Source: a virus. Taken from it: a stretch of 64,000 bases of DNA. Under the pieces are notes generated by a model. That model made no database searches. It had not been told where the DNA came from and saw only the letters and a program-made list of their open reading frames with translations. Location of the stretch: the IMG/VR virus record IMGVR_UViG_3300045450_000145, positions 64,001 to 128,000 of that record. One strand, written 5' to 3'. A program made the translations under genes and the position numbers. How positions within the stretch are numbered: the first letter of the stretch is position 1; every line of letters begins with the position of its first letter. Positions 26,855 to 36,365 of this stretch are shown here, one piece after another.

Positions 26855-27010
26855 ATGAGAATTCTTAGCGACAACACGGTGTCTAAGTCCGACTTAGACA
26901 GCATTGACGAAAAGCAGTCACGTCAAATCAAACAGCTTAGAGTTGCAGTTGGTGCAAGCTTCGCTTTAAATTTAGTAATTACGCTGGTATTATTCTTAAT
27001 CTTAGTATGA
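26855..27010 (+). CDS. small C-terminal TM protein (51 aa, not in ORF track)
   Basis: AAGGGA SD; hydrophobic C-terminus; ATGA overlap with the next gene. Confidence 0.65.
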   Translation: MRILSDNTVSKSDLDSIDEKQSRQIKQLRVAVGASFALNLVITLVLFLILV

Positions 27011-27318
27011 GAGGCATTCAAGTAATTGGGTGTCTATTTCTAGTGGCGTGCGCGCCCCTCGTGACTGACACTGAAAAGAAATACCCCATCACTGATGCAT
27101 ATTGCAACACGATGGCCAGAGCTGCATATCCTCGTAACATACAACGCACCGTCGTGAAAGAAGAGGAAGTTGGTGGCGAAGACATTAGCTGTAAGTTGGG
27201 GGAAACCATTACGTGCGAGGTGGTTACAAAGAGCAAGGTACCAGCAACCTATTCCAGGCAGGACTTAAACTTAACAAATAGAAGACAATACGTCACTGCG
27301 TGTCTTGGCATGAAGTAA
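27007..27318 (+). CDS. lipoprotein
   Basis: lipobox FLVAC; four further Cys. Confidence 0.7.
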   Translation: MRGIQVIGCLFLVACAPLVTDTEKKYPITDAYCNTMARAAYPRNIQRTVVKEEEVGGEDISCKLGETITCEVVTKSKVPATYSRQDLNLTNRRQYVTACLGMK

Positions 27319-27347
27319 TGTACATCCTTCGATAAGTTTAATATAAT
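27319..27347 (+). promoter_or_regulatory. sigma70-type promoter of RNA ligase
   Basis: TGTACA-N17-TATAAT. Confidence 0.75.
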
Positions 27348-27373
27348 GATCGTATCTACAGAAAAGGACGATC

Positions 27374-28516
27374 ATGAGCAAATTCCCGACTATCCGTCAC
27401 CTCAATGACCTGCTGCCTTACATCCAGGGCAACCCTCAATTCCGTGTGGCATCTGACGAGAACGACTTCACTGTCGTGTGTTATATGCTGCAGGACGAAG
27501 ACACCTTCCGCGGCGAACACCCTGAAATGTATCGCGAGTGTCGTGGTATCACCTTTGATCCTGCTGGCTTCATTGCTTCTCGCACCCTTCACAAGTTCCA
27601 GAACGTAGGTGAAAATGAAGAAACCCAACCGTCCATGATTCCGTGGGACAAGATTGACCGCATCATGGATAAGCGAGATGGCTCGATGATCACACCTGTC
27701 CATATGACTGATGGCTCTATTAAGTGCAAAACTAAGAAGACCTTTACTTCTAACGAGGCGATCGCCGCAACTGAATTTCTTAATAAGTCTGCTGAAAACG
27801 TAGAGTGGGTTATTAGCATCTTGAAGGCGGGATTTACTCCTACCTTTGAGTGGACTTCGCCGCGATTCCCTATCGTTTTGACGTATGATAAGGATGAGCT
27901 AACTTTGCTACAAATCCGGGAAAATTCTTCTGGCAAGTACATCTCTAACCTCGGCGATGGTGGTCGCTACACTCGCGATTGCCCGTTTCCCATTGTCGAG
28001 AACCTAATGAATAAGTTCGAAGACCCGCGAGAACTCCTAGAACTTGCAAAAACTGAAACCGGCATCGAAGGGTGGATCATCCAAGCCGAAGATGGTCAAA
28101 TGTGGAAGATCAAAACTAAGTGGTATTGCGATCTGCATCACGCAGTGACTTTTACCCGCTGGCGTGACGTTGCACGTTCGGTGCTAGATGAGCAATCTGA
28201 TGATCTGAAGGCGGCATTTTCTATGACTGGGCGAGACACCTCGGCTATCGTTCAAGTTGAGAATCAAATCCACAACCAGATTGCGAAAGTGCAGCTGCTA
28301 GTTGAAGAGTTTGCTGGAAATGGTAAGCTCCTTAATCAAACTGCAAAGGATATGGCTCTAGCTCACAAGGGCCGAGAGCACTTTGGCCTAATCATGAATC
28401 TATTCAATGGTAAGCAGATCAACTGGTACGACTGGTATAAGAAGAACTACCTAGATAAGTGGTCGCTTGAAGTTATTCCGCTAGAAAATCCGGTTCTGCC
28501 GGCATTGGAGTCATAA
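27374..28516 (+). CDS. rnlA: T4 Rnl1-family RNA ligase
   Basis: ECRGITF, LHKFQN, motif I KRDGS, EWTSP, IEGWII, KIKTKWY. Confidence 0.9.
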   Translation: MSKFPTIRHLNDLLPYIQGNPQFRVASDENDFTVVCYMLQDEDTFRGEHPEMYRECRGITFDPAGFIASRTLHKFQNVGENEETQPSMIPWDKIDRIMDKRDGSMITPVHMTDGSIKCKTKKTFTSNEAIAATEFLNKSAENVEWVISILKAGFTPTFEWTSPRFPIVLTYDKDELTLLQIRENSSGKYISNLGDGGRYTRDCPFPIVENLMNKFEDPRELLELAKTETGIEGWIIQAEDGQMWKIKTKWYCDLHHAVTFTRWRDVARSVLDEQSDDLKAAFSMTGRDTSAIVQVENQIHNQIAKVQLLVEEFAGNGKLLNQTAKDMALAHKGREHFGLIMNLFNGKQINWYDWYKKNYLDKWSLEVIPLENPVLPALES

Positions 28517-29136
28517 TGTCAACTCAACAAAATCAGGGAGGGGGGAACATCTTCGCCTTCCTTTTTATTCTGCCCATTCTAATTATAACGTGCATTTCCT
28601 GTTTCATTGCCTGGGTTGCTGCATGCGGTAAGGCTGGCTATCGAACAGTAAAATTACTGAGCTTCCCAGCTACTTTTGCTTTAACTAACATGGTTGGCAT
28701 CTTGTTCTTTATCCCAATCGCCCTCATCTTGGGGGTGTTTGTGGATAAGGACGTTGCAACCTATGCATTTAGCTCTCTTCGAGACCTAACTATGTTCCCA
28801 ATTTGGGGTCCCATAATCTCTGGATTTTGGAACTTTGGTGTAACTGACTTTACTCCTCAGATTCCATTCTGGCACATGGCAGTTTATCAAATTGCTTTGT
28901 ATTTTATTTTTGGCCGCGGCATCAGTCGTCAAGTCAACATGGCGGTGATGGACTCAGCAATTCAACACATCGCACGAAATAATAATGTTAATGCGATTGA
29001 TTACCGTGAGCTGATCATTGAGACTAACTCAGCATATGCTAAGCACGCAAACTATTACCGTGTTAGGGGTAAGGCGCCCCTCCTAGGAATTGCATCAGTG
29101 GCTTTCTCAGGTGGATCACCCTTCAATTATTATTAA
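28516..29136 (+). CDS. multi-TM membrane protein
   Basis: several hydrophobic helices; TAATG overlap. Confidence 0.7.
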   Translation: MSTQQNQGGGNIFAFLFILPILIITCISCFIAWVAACGKAGYRTVKLLSFPATFALTNMVGILFFIPIALILGVFVDKDVATYAFSSLRDLTMFPIWGPIISGFWNFGVTDFTPQIPFWHMAVYQIALYFIFGRGISRQVNMAVMDSAIQHIARNNNVNAIDYRELIIETNSAYAKHANYYRVRGKAPLLGIASVAFSGGSPFNYY

Positions 29137-29182
29137 GGTTACAAATTTGTGTATAATGTTCTCATATTAACACGGAGAACAT

Positions 29183-29833
29183 ATGACCGAAGAAAGCCCC
29201 GACCAAATTACATCAGTACCATATGAGCTCATCACGTTGCAAAACCTGGGTGCTCATATGTTATTTGGTGAAATCAACCAAGTTAGTGCTCTGCAAACCT
29301 GCGAGTTTATTATTAAGGCAAACATGCTGCGCGCCTCGTCCTCACCTTTAACTTTATTAGTTAATTCAGAGGGCGGTAGTGTTAATGACGGTTTTGCGAT
29401 CATTGACATTATGGAAACATCTCGCCTACCAATCCAGACTGTTGGCACTGGGCTAATTGCTTCGATGGGCTTGCTCATCTCTACTGCAGGCCACAAAGGC
29501 ACTAGAACCATTACTAAAAATACTGAAATCATGGCTCACCAGTTTATCGGCGGCGTCTATGGTAAGCATCACGAGCTAATGGCAGTTCAACACGAACACC
29601 TTCGCCTTGAGCAGCTCTTTATTAAGCATTTCGTCCGTCACTCTAACATGACCGAAAAGCAAATCAAGGACATTCTATTCTCACCATCAGATAGATGGCT
29701 CTCACCTGACGAAGCCAAGAAATATGGCTTGTGCGACCGAGTTACTGAGTTTCTAGATATCCCAGACGAGAAGCCTAAAGCAAAGCGGCCTTCTCGTGCA
29801 AAACCTAAGGCTGCAGAATCAGAAGCTGATTGA
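29183..29833 (+). CDS. clpP: ClpP-family protease subunit
   Basis: NSEGGSV, ASMG (Ser), MAHQ (His), DRWLSPDEA..YGL.D (Asp). Confidence 0.9.
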   Translation: MTEESPDQITSVPYELITLQNLGAHMLFGEINQVSALQTCEFIIKANMLRASSSPLTLLVNSEGGSVNDGFAIIDIMETSRLPIQTVGTGLIASMGLLISTAGHKGTRTITKNTEIMAHQFIGGVYGKHHELMAVQHEHLRLEQLFIKHFVRHSNMTEKQIKDILFSPSDRWLSPDEAKKYGLCDRVTEFLDIPDEKPKAKRPSRAKPKAAESEAD

Positions 29834-30043
29834 ACTTTTAAATGCAATCAATGACCCCGCATGACCAATCGCCTCAATAAGCGGTTTGGACATTGCGGGG
29901 TTCTGTCTGTAAAAGAATAGCTTCTCTTCCAAGTAATTTTTAATTTCGATTAGTTCATTAATTGACAAATCCTGCCACGTTTCACGTTTCGCAAGATTAA
30001 CCGTTGGTACATCTGTAAAATACTCGCCTGAACCTTCTTGCAT
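29819..30043 (-). CDS. hypothetical protein
   Basis: AAGGAG SD on the minus strand; 74 aa. Confidence 0.65.
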   Translation of the reverse strand: MQEGSGEYFTDVPTVNLAKRETWQDLSINELIEIKNYLEEKLFFYRQNPAMSKPLIEAIGHAGSLIAFKSSISF

Positions 30044-30092
30044 ATTGTCTCCTTTTATGTGTGTATGTTAATATATATTTTAGTAAGACACA

Positions 30093-30100
30093 CATAAATA
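30093..30100 (+). promoter_or_regulatory. T4-late-like promoter
   Basis: CATAAATA. Confidence 0.5.
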
Positions 30101-30127
30101 AACTTAGAAAAACTAAGTCACCTAACC

Positions 30128-30487
30128 ATGAAACTTCACCAAGCAGTAATCCATGAAATGACAGGCCCAGTTCCTTACGAACTAACCCTGCAAAACATCA
30201 TTGATCGTGGTGACACAAATGATGGCTACGAAATCTTCGTGCTGTCAGCTTTATCAGAACATTTCTCGGGTCTTCAAGCTACAAAGCCATTTGAAGGTTC
30301 GATTCCCTCCTCTTCTGGTGCGACCTCGGTCGTCGCCATTGAGTCCATCAAGAGCCTATCTCCCTCCGAAAAGGTGAATCTAGCCCAATATCTCCTAGGT
30401 GCAATAAACTATGGGTATAGTGCTACTCACAGCTCACAACTTAGCTCCTCTGATTGGATCCGTTACGTCCTGCAAAGACAAGATTGA
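30128..30487 (+). CDS. hypothetical late protein
   Basis: MKLHQAVIHE N-terminus; follows a late box. Confidence 0.7.
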   Translation: MKLHQAVIHEMTGPVPYELTLQNIIDRGDTNDGYEIFVLSALSEHFSGLQATKPFEGSIPSSSGATSVVAIESIKSLSPSEKVNLAQYLLGAINYGYSATHSSQLSSSDWIRYVLQRQD

Positions 30488-30526
30488 AGGACGTGTTTTT
30501 ATTCATCCCATTTAAGGAGGAAAATA

Positions 30527-31309
30527 ATGGGAAGAAAGCTCGCCACCGCAAAACAGAAGTATCCACAACCAATTAACCCAGAGGGCTCAACAGCGATTAG
30601 ATTAAAGTGCCGCACCCAGCCAAAGAATGAATCTCAAGGCTTCTACATTGAAGCGTTGCAGTCATCTAAAGTTACAATCGGTACTGGGCCAGCCGGATCA
30701 GGTAAATCATTCTTGGCAATGATGGTCGGTTTAGATAAGTTACTCAACAATGAGGTATCTAAGATCGTCATCACTCGTCCTATCGTCGAAGCCGGTGAAT
30801 CTCTTGGATTCTTACCAGGTACCTTCGAGGAAAAGATTTCACCATATCTTCTACCTCTACTCGACGCGCTCAATGACTTGGTCGGTCCAACTGCTGCAAA
30901 GAAGCTGCTGGATAATGGAAAAATTGAATTTGCGCCGTTAGCCTACATGAGAGGCCGCACATTCAACAACTGCTACGTCATCTTAGACGAAGCTCAGAAT
31001 ACCTCAATCGAACAGATTAAGTTGTTCATTACTAGAATTGGTGAATATTCACAGTTTGTTATTAATGGAGACGTTTCACAATCTGACTTACGAGGAGTGC
31101 CAGAAAACGGTTTAGAGTGGATTACACGTAAGCTTAAAGGTCGCGATCGCAACATCAACGTAGTTGAATTTACTTCAAGCGACGTTGTTAGATCTGAGAT
31201 TCTAAAAACTATTCTCACTCACATTGAATCTCCAGATGTGCGAAAGGAGCCACAGCGAAGAGTGTCAAATGGCAGAGTACATCACGAAGCTGCAATTTTC
31301 AGAAGTTAA
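30527..31309 (+). CDS. phoH: PhoH-family ATPase
   Basis: GPAGSGKS, ITRPIVEAGESLGFLPG, YMRGRTF, ILDEAQN, GDVSQSD. Confidence 0.95.
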   Translation: MGRKLATAKQKYPQPINPEGSTAIRLKCRTQPKNESQGFYIEALQSSKVTIGTGPAGSGKSFLAMMVGLDKLLNNEVSKIVITRPIVEAGESLGFLPGTFEEKISPYLLPLLDALNDLVGPTAAKKLLDNGKIEFAPLAYMRGRTFNNCYVILDEAQNTSIEQIKLFITRIGEYSQFVINGDVSQSDLRGVPENGLEWITRKLKGRDRNINVVEFTSSDVVRSEILKTILTHIESPDVRKEPQRRVSNGRVHHEAAIFRS

Positions 31310-31311
31310 AT

Positions 31312-31337
31312 AAAAGGGAAGCTTAGCTTCCCTTTTT
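31312..31337 (+). terminator. intrinsic terminator
   Basis: AAAAGGGAAGCT-T-AGCTTCCCTTTTT. Confidence 0.85.
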
Positions 31338-31351
31338 AATTCCCGCTCCGC

Positions 31352-31359
31352 AATAAATA
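31352..31359 (+). promoter_or_regulatory. T4-late-like promoter
   Basis: AATAAATA upstream of a structural gene. Confidence 0.45.
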
Positions 31360-31424
31360 AAGTCGTGCATCATTTAGATAACTGGGCAGATGTGCAAATT
31401 ATTTTTACCCAGTAGGAGCATTAT

Positions 31425-34286
31425 ATGGCATACATCTTAAGATGGAAAAACCCTAGTGTCAACTCACAGAAGGCAACTGAAATTTCAGTTCCTGTTGGTT
31501 CCATCGTTTCAGACAAGGCGTCCCTTCGTTTTACTGGTAAGGGCGCATCAAATTACGGCACCGTGCAGCAAGAAAACTTGCTGTGGCTATTGGAAAATTT
31601 TGCAGGCCCAGATTCACCGAATAACCCAACTGTTGGTCAAATTTGGTTTGACACCGCAAACAGCGTCTTGCGAGTATGCACATCAACTACACCTTTAATT
31701 TGGCGTTCATTTACAGGTGCTCAAGTCACCAACGTTGGCTCTGACGCCCCAACGCCAGCAGTAACTGGAGATGAATGGATTCAAAAGACGGGCACTGCCT
31801 CCGCCATTACTTACATTTACACCGGCTTAGGTCGCTACCCAGAAAAAGATGGTGTAATTGGTGGGTGGGAACAAACCTTCCCTAATGTCCAAATTGCTGG
31901 CGGGCGTGAAGAGTTTGACAATGCGCAGGAAATGGTCTTAAAGTTAATTGGGGATACCACCACTGGCGGTAATGGCGCATACGGCAAGTTAATTACTAAC
32001 TTAACAAACTTAGCATTATTAGATCAAAGCTTACAAACTAAATGGGCAGAGTTAATTAAGAAGGACGACAACGTCTTAGTGCCATCTACCGCACCAGTTA
32101 ACATGCTCAGAATGGAGCCGAACAGCGGCGACTGGGATAAATTATTAGCCGCTGCAAAGTACGCAGTTAGTAGATTAGAATTACCACAGAACTTCTACAG
32201 TAACGTATCTGAATTTCCGTTCGTTTCAGACGGTCGTCAGGTGCCAACTTCTTTAACTAGCTTAAGTGAAAGCGACGTTCGCTTCCCATCTTTAGAAAGA
32301 CGTTCTAATAGAAAGATTGGTCTGATTTCCCAATTCAAGCTTTTCACTGAAACTATGAACGTGTTAAATGCTGCAATGCAAAATCAATATTCAATTAAGG
32401 GTATTAACGGCGCATCAGGCACCAACATTTCATTCAATGATTATGTAACACAGCGTAAGCATGCGGCGTTCAACGGCACATATTCTAATTCTAAAACGGC
32501 AAGCTTAACTTTAGCTTTGACCTTTGCTTCTGCAGAAGCAAAGCGTTCATTCATCAATGCCGGTAATGCAATTCAAGTTAACTTAAACTTCGTGCCAGCA
32601 TTATCCAGCGGCGGTACTACAGTTAAGCAATATCAGCAACCGTTATCTGGAACTGGCAGCTTTAGCATTCCAGCTGGCAGCACAAGCGTGAGCTTGGTTG
32701 GTAAGGGCGCGGCAGGTAAAAGCTCTTCTGCCGTTAGAACAGTTGACGGTTCTACTTGGTCTAAGAGCACTGTGCCTACTTTCACGAGCGTTGCGTACGG
32801 TAATGATAGATTCCTGGCACTAAGTGGACAGGATGTTTATTCTTCAACTGATGCTAAGACTTGGGCAAAAATTTACACTTTTAACCCAAATGCTGCATCT
32901 TCAGATTATTTGCAAGCGCGCAAAATTGCATTTAATAACTCTAGATTTATTGTTATTTTAGTTAATATTAGCTCAACTGCTTATTATAATGATTCTGTGA
33001 CTACGAGCATTGATGGTTTATCTTGGACTACGCCTAATAAAGTATTCGGCGGCGCGCGCAGATTACTTACTAATAATAATGGCACTATGATTTTTGGTGA
33101 GCTGCCAAACCATAATGATAATGGGTACGCTGCATCCGCGGTTTATTCTGCGAACAGCGCGTTTTTTGCGTCAGAGACTGACCAAAATAGCTACGATTAT
33201 ACTAATTCTCTTTATAGATTAAATCCACCACTGGGGCCAACAGTAAGTGGAAACGGTAAGGTATTCATGTATTCATATGGGAATCAGCCCTATTTTACAA
33301 GCGACAACAAAAACTGGTCATTTGTTAATAGAATTGACCAAACAATTGGTAGCGTAATATTTGGCAACGGTAAGTTTGTAGCATTAGATACCGATGGTAA
33401 TTCGATAACATCAACGGATGGTTTTGATTACAGCGCTAAGAAGAATGTGGGTGATAATGGCTTAAAGAAAGGCAGCACTTTATTAGGCTATGCAGGTGGT
33501 AAGTATTTTGCATCTTTAGACAATGACATTGCATATTCTAATGATGGATTAAACTGGGTTAGAGCCACTTTACAAGGCAGCTCAGCTGCCCCAAATACAT
33601 TCTCCTATGGGCAAAACAGATTAGTGACAACTTCTGGCGCGAATGGCTTTGTCAGTGAAGACTCATATGCTGCTGGCACTGTAACTCAAGGCGCTAATAC
33701 AACTGCGCGGGCCAATAGCAGCACCTACACCTACAACGGTTCATCTACTACTAACGCGCCGGCGGAAAGAACCGACACTCTAGTTGTGGCAGCAAACTCC
33801 CCAACAGTAGTGGATTACACTGTGCCAGATGGTGGCACCTTGCAAGTCAACTTCAGCACCACCTCGGCTGCGACTGAAAGTTCAACCAGTGTCAAGACCT
33901 TGTTTGATACCAAGGGTGTAATACGCATTACTGCAGATAAAACAAGAGTCTTCGGTAGTTCGCTTCCTCTGACTTTGGCGGTTGCACCAATTGATCGAGG
34001 TGTCAAAAACGTAGGCAGCGAGCCGTCAGTTTTAACATCACAGGCCACTGATAATGTTAACTACTCTATTTTTGCAAGTCAGCCAAGTGCAGGTAATACT
34101 ATTAACTTAGTAATTAACTTGACATCAAACATTGCCTTTAGTGGCAACTTAGCAATTAGGTTTGACGTTATCGTAGATACTACAACCTATAATGCACCAC
34201 TGATCACGCCATTATATGCATCTCCAAATTCATATAACAACGCGGACAAAGTTGCAGGTGATGGCAACCTAAACTACAACCCATAA
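31425..34286 (+). CDS. baseplate/tail structural protein with an inserted beta-propeller-like domain
   Basis: F.GKG..NYG...QENLL.LLENFA..P.NP..GQIWFD N-terminus; internal S.DG..W / YGN.RF repeats. Confidence 0.8.
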   Translation: MAYILRWKNPSVNSQKATEISVPVGSIVSDKASLRFTGKGASNYGTVQQENLLWLLENFAGPDSPNNPTVGQIWFDTANSVLRVCTSTTPLIWRSFTGAQVTNVGSDAPTPAVTGDEWIQKTGTASAITYIYTGLGRYPEKDGVIGGWEQTFPNVQIAGGREEFDNAQEMVLKLIGDTTTGGNGAYGKLITNLTNLALLDQSLQTKWAELIKKDDNVLVPSTAPVNMLRMEPNSGDWDKLLAAAKYAVSRLELPQNFYSNVSEFPFVSDGRQVPTSLTSLSESDVRFPSLERRSNRKIGLISQFKLFTETMNVLNAAMQNQYSIKGINGASGTNISFNDYVTQRKHAAFNGTYSNSKTASLTLALTFASAEAKRSFINAGNAIQVNLNFVPALSSGGTTVKQYQQPLSGTGSFSIPAGSTSVSLVGKGAAGKSSSAVRTVDGSTWSKSTVPTFTSVAYGNDRFLALSGQDVYSSTDAKTWAKIYTFNPNAASSDYLQARKIAFNNSRFIVILVNISSTAYYNDSVTTSIDGLSWTTPNKVFGGARRLLTNNNGTMIFGELPNHNDNGYAASAVYSANSAFFASETDQNSYDYTNSLYRLNPPLGPTVSGNGKVFMYSYGNQPYFTSDNKNWSFVNRIDQTIGSVIFGNGKFVALDTDGNSITSTDGFDYSAKKNVGDNGLKKGSTLLGYAGGKYFASLDNDIAYSNDGLNWVRATLQGSSAAPNTFSYGQNRLVTTSGANGFVSEDSYAAGTVTQGANTTARANSSTYTYNGSSTTNAPAERTDTLVVAANSPTVVDYTVPDGGTLQVNFSTTSAATESSTSVKTLFDTKGVIRITADKTRVFGSSLPLTLAVAPIDRGVKNVGSEPSVLTSQATDNVNYSIFASQPSAGNTINLVINLTSNIAFSGNLAIRFDVIVDTTTYNAPLITPLYASPNSYNNADKVAGDGNLNYNP

Positions 34287-34293
34287 TCTAAAG

Positions 34294-34322
34294 TGTACAT
34301 TTTCATCCTATGGTATTATAAT
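34294..34322 (+). promoter_or_regulatory. sigma70-type promoter
   Basis: TGTACA-N17-TATAAT. Confidence 0.75.
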
Positions 34323-34350
34323 TTTATTACAATATTTTTATTTACCAAGG

Positions 34351-34623
34351 ATGAAAACCTATATGCTAGCAACCAAGACTCCACTCATTATTGTCGGTCA
34401 ACTGTATCTTCACCCACAGCTAGATGAATACGTCATCGTGACAAACAATAACCGTGGACACATTTCTTATGAGGGCGGAGGGTTTAAGGGTCAGGCCGAA
34501 TCAGAGACGTTCATTGAGCGTTTCGGTCCAGTCGACCCGGCTGATGTAAGCGAAGATGAACTGAAAACTCTTCTCAGTTACTGCCCTACTGGTACCCGCC
34601 CACTAGTAGGATTCATTTCCTAA
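34351..34623 (+). CDS. hypothetical protein
   Basis: 90-aa ORF after a promoter; the start may be the in-frame ATG at 34363. Confidence 0.65.
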   Translation: MKTYMLATKTPLIIVGQLYLHPQLDEYVIVTNNNRGHISYEGGGFKGQAESETFIERFGPVDPADVSEDELKTLLSYCPTGTRPLVGFIS

Positions 34624-34627
34624 ATTT

Positions 34628-35071
34628 ATGAAGCATGTATTTGTCACCTTATTTCTTCTTCCTCTTGCTGTTCAGGCAAGCACCTACTCCTTTCTGCCAA
34701 ATCCGATTTTAACTCCAGGTGTCGTTGCATCCACCAATAAAGCCGAGGTATGCGAAAAGTCATACCCGTCCAGGAGTCGTAATGTAACCACATCCACCAA
34801 AAATAAAGTCTACAAGGCATACAATGTAGACAAAGAGCAATGCTCTGGCGGGTGTAAAATCGATCACCTCATTCCCCTCTCTATCGGTGGTGCGAATGAC
34901 CAGCAGAATCTATGGCCACATGAATATGGCGCCGAGCGCAATGTATTTTCCAAAACTAGACTAGAGGTAAGGTTGAGGAAAGAAGTGTGTACAAATGACA
35001 TGCCAATTGAAGAAGCGCAGGAGTGCATCCGCAAGGACTGGACCAAGTGCTTTGATCGATTCTACAAGTGA
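34628..35071 (+). CDS. secreted HNH-like nuclease
   Basis: signal peptide ending AVQA; DHLIPLSIGGAND..NLWP; four Cys. Confidence 0.7.
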   Translation: MKHVFVTLFLLPLAVQASTYSFLPNPILTPGVVASTNKAEVCEKSYPSRSRNVTTSTKNKVYKAYNVDKEQCSGGCKIDHLIPLSIGGANDQQNLWPHEYGAERNVFSKTRLEVRLRKEVCTNDMPIEEAQECIRKDWTKCFDRFYK

Positions 35072-35080
35072 GATAAAACT

Positions 35081-35536
35081 ATGAAGATCGTCAGCAGAAT
35101 TTCAAACTCGCAGACTGATTTAGAAAATTTAAAGCAGCTCGTTGAGATCATCAGTGCTGACGCCGCGCCGGATACAACTGCAGAGTGTATTACAAAATTG
35201 GAGATTTTATTCACGGCGTTGAGCGATCGAATTGACGTTTTAAGCTCAGACTGTGATAAAATTGCCGCTGACAACCGCAGGTTAAGTTACCAGATGACTG
35301 CATATGAGCAGCAATTTGAGGGGGTCTTAGAAGATCACCATAATGGTGTGGCGGCAGACTTGGCGTTAGATGAAGCCAGTTTAGACTTGATGAACTCTAT
35401 GTCTGACATGGGCGCTGGCTATGTTAATAACAATGGTCAGCTTAATTTCTACAGTGACGTTGTATTTGAAAGTTCAGATTTTAAATGCCCACTGAAGGAA
35501 GCCATTCACACGTGGCTAAAATTAAAACTTAAGTAA
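35081..35536 (+). CDS. hypothetical coiled-coil protein
   Basis: tiled 151-aa ORF. Confidence 0.7.
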   Translation: MKIVSRISNSQTDLENLKQLVEIISADAAPDTTAECITKLEILFTALSDRIDVLSSDCDKIAADNRRLSYQMTAYEQQFEGVLEDHHNGVAADLALDEASLDLMNSMSDMGAGYVNNNGQLNFYSDVVFESSDFKCPLKEAIHTWLKLKLK

Positions 35537-35545
35537 TATACAAAA

Positions 35546-35992
35546 ATGGCACATCAAATTATTCTTGAACGCATCGTAAACTCAGATTTTCCGGCAGTTA
35601 TCCGCATAACTGCAAACAAACTGATTGGAAAAACTTACATCAACCTAGGTGATTTCTTGCAAGAGCTAAATCAAGCCGATTTAAATGATTTGCTGAAGAT
35701 GTGCGACGACATCATTGAACGCAATGATAATTCACCAAAGTCACAACAAAGTATCTTTTTAGTTGCTGAAATGCTTTCACAGGCAACAGGTGTAGCCCTG
35801 GAAGCTGAAAACTCGGCTGAACACTTTGACACACTTATGTATCTACTTTCATTTGAGTCACTCGCGCGGAAGGGAATTATTAAGTTTGACCGAAAGCTTG
35901 CATCTCTAGAAGACATGAATCTAGAAGATGCGGTTGAAATTACTGATAAATTTAAAGACTTGGAAGACCTTGACGGGATAAATGATGAATGA
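35546..35992 (+). CDS. hypothetical protein
   Basis: tiled 148-aa ORF. Confidence 0.7.
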   Translation: MAHQIILERIVNSDFPAVIRITANKLIGKTYINLGDFLQELNQADLNDLLKMCDDIIERNDNSPKSQQSIFLVAEMLSQATGVALEAENSAEHFDTLMYLLSFESLARKGIIKFDRKLASLEDMNLEDAVEITDKFKDLEDLDGINDE

Positions 35993-36356
35993 CATTCAGC
36001 ATGGCAGCATTGGATATTCATCGACTCGGTGGGTGTGCTTTAATTGCAAAATTTGCATTCACAGGTGGGGAAGCGGATATATTGGCACGTGTGGTAGATG
36101 TAAGTGCAAACTGACGTATGCTGGCGATGCATTTAGGGCACCGCGTAAGCAAGATAAGAAAGAATGGGCAAAATTAGAAATTTTGATTAGGGGTGGTATA
36201 ACTTTCAATCACAGTGGCGGTGGGGGTTGTATCAAGCCGCTCACTAAGAATCAGGCTAAAATTGTAATTAGAAATAAAAAGCATTACGACATGTTACGGC
36301 GTATTTCTTTTGAGCATCGTAAGATGTATAATAGACTTATTATTCTCAAGGATTAA
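35982..36356 (+). CDS. zinc-finger protein
   Basis: CFNC...CGRC followed by FRAPRKQDKKEW. Confidence 0.7.
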   Translation: MMNDIQHGSIGYSSTRWVCFNCKICIHRWGSGYIGTCGRCKCKLTYAGDAFRAPRKQDKKEWAKLEILIRGGITFNHSGGGGCIKPLTKNQAKIVIRNKKHYDMLRRISFEHRKMYNRLIILKD

Positions 36357-36365
36357 AAATTAATC

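Noticed and set aside
26855-27318. Definite i-spanin/o-spanin call
   Set aside because: The TM is C-terminal rather than N-terminal and there is no periplasmic coiled coil, so it is kept only as a low-interest lead
33383-33392. Additional copy of the AGCATTAG motif (AGCATTAGAT)
   Set aside because: It lies within a coding region and lacks the AAATAA half; treated as chance
18369-34286. Diversity-generating retroelement or invertible shufflon acting on fibre genes
   Set aside because: No reverse transcriptase, recombinase, near-identical template/variable repeat pair or inverted crossover sites were seen in the window
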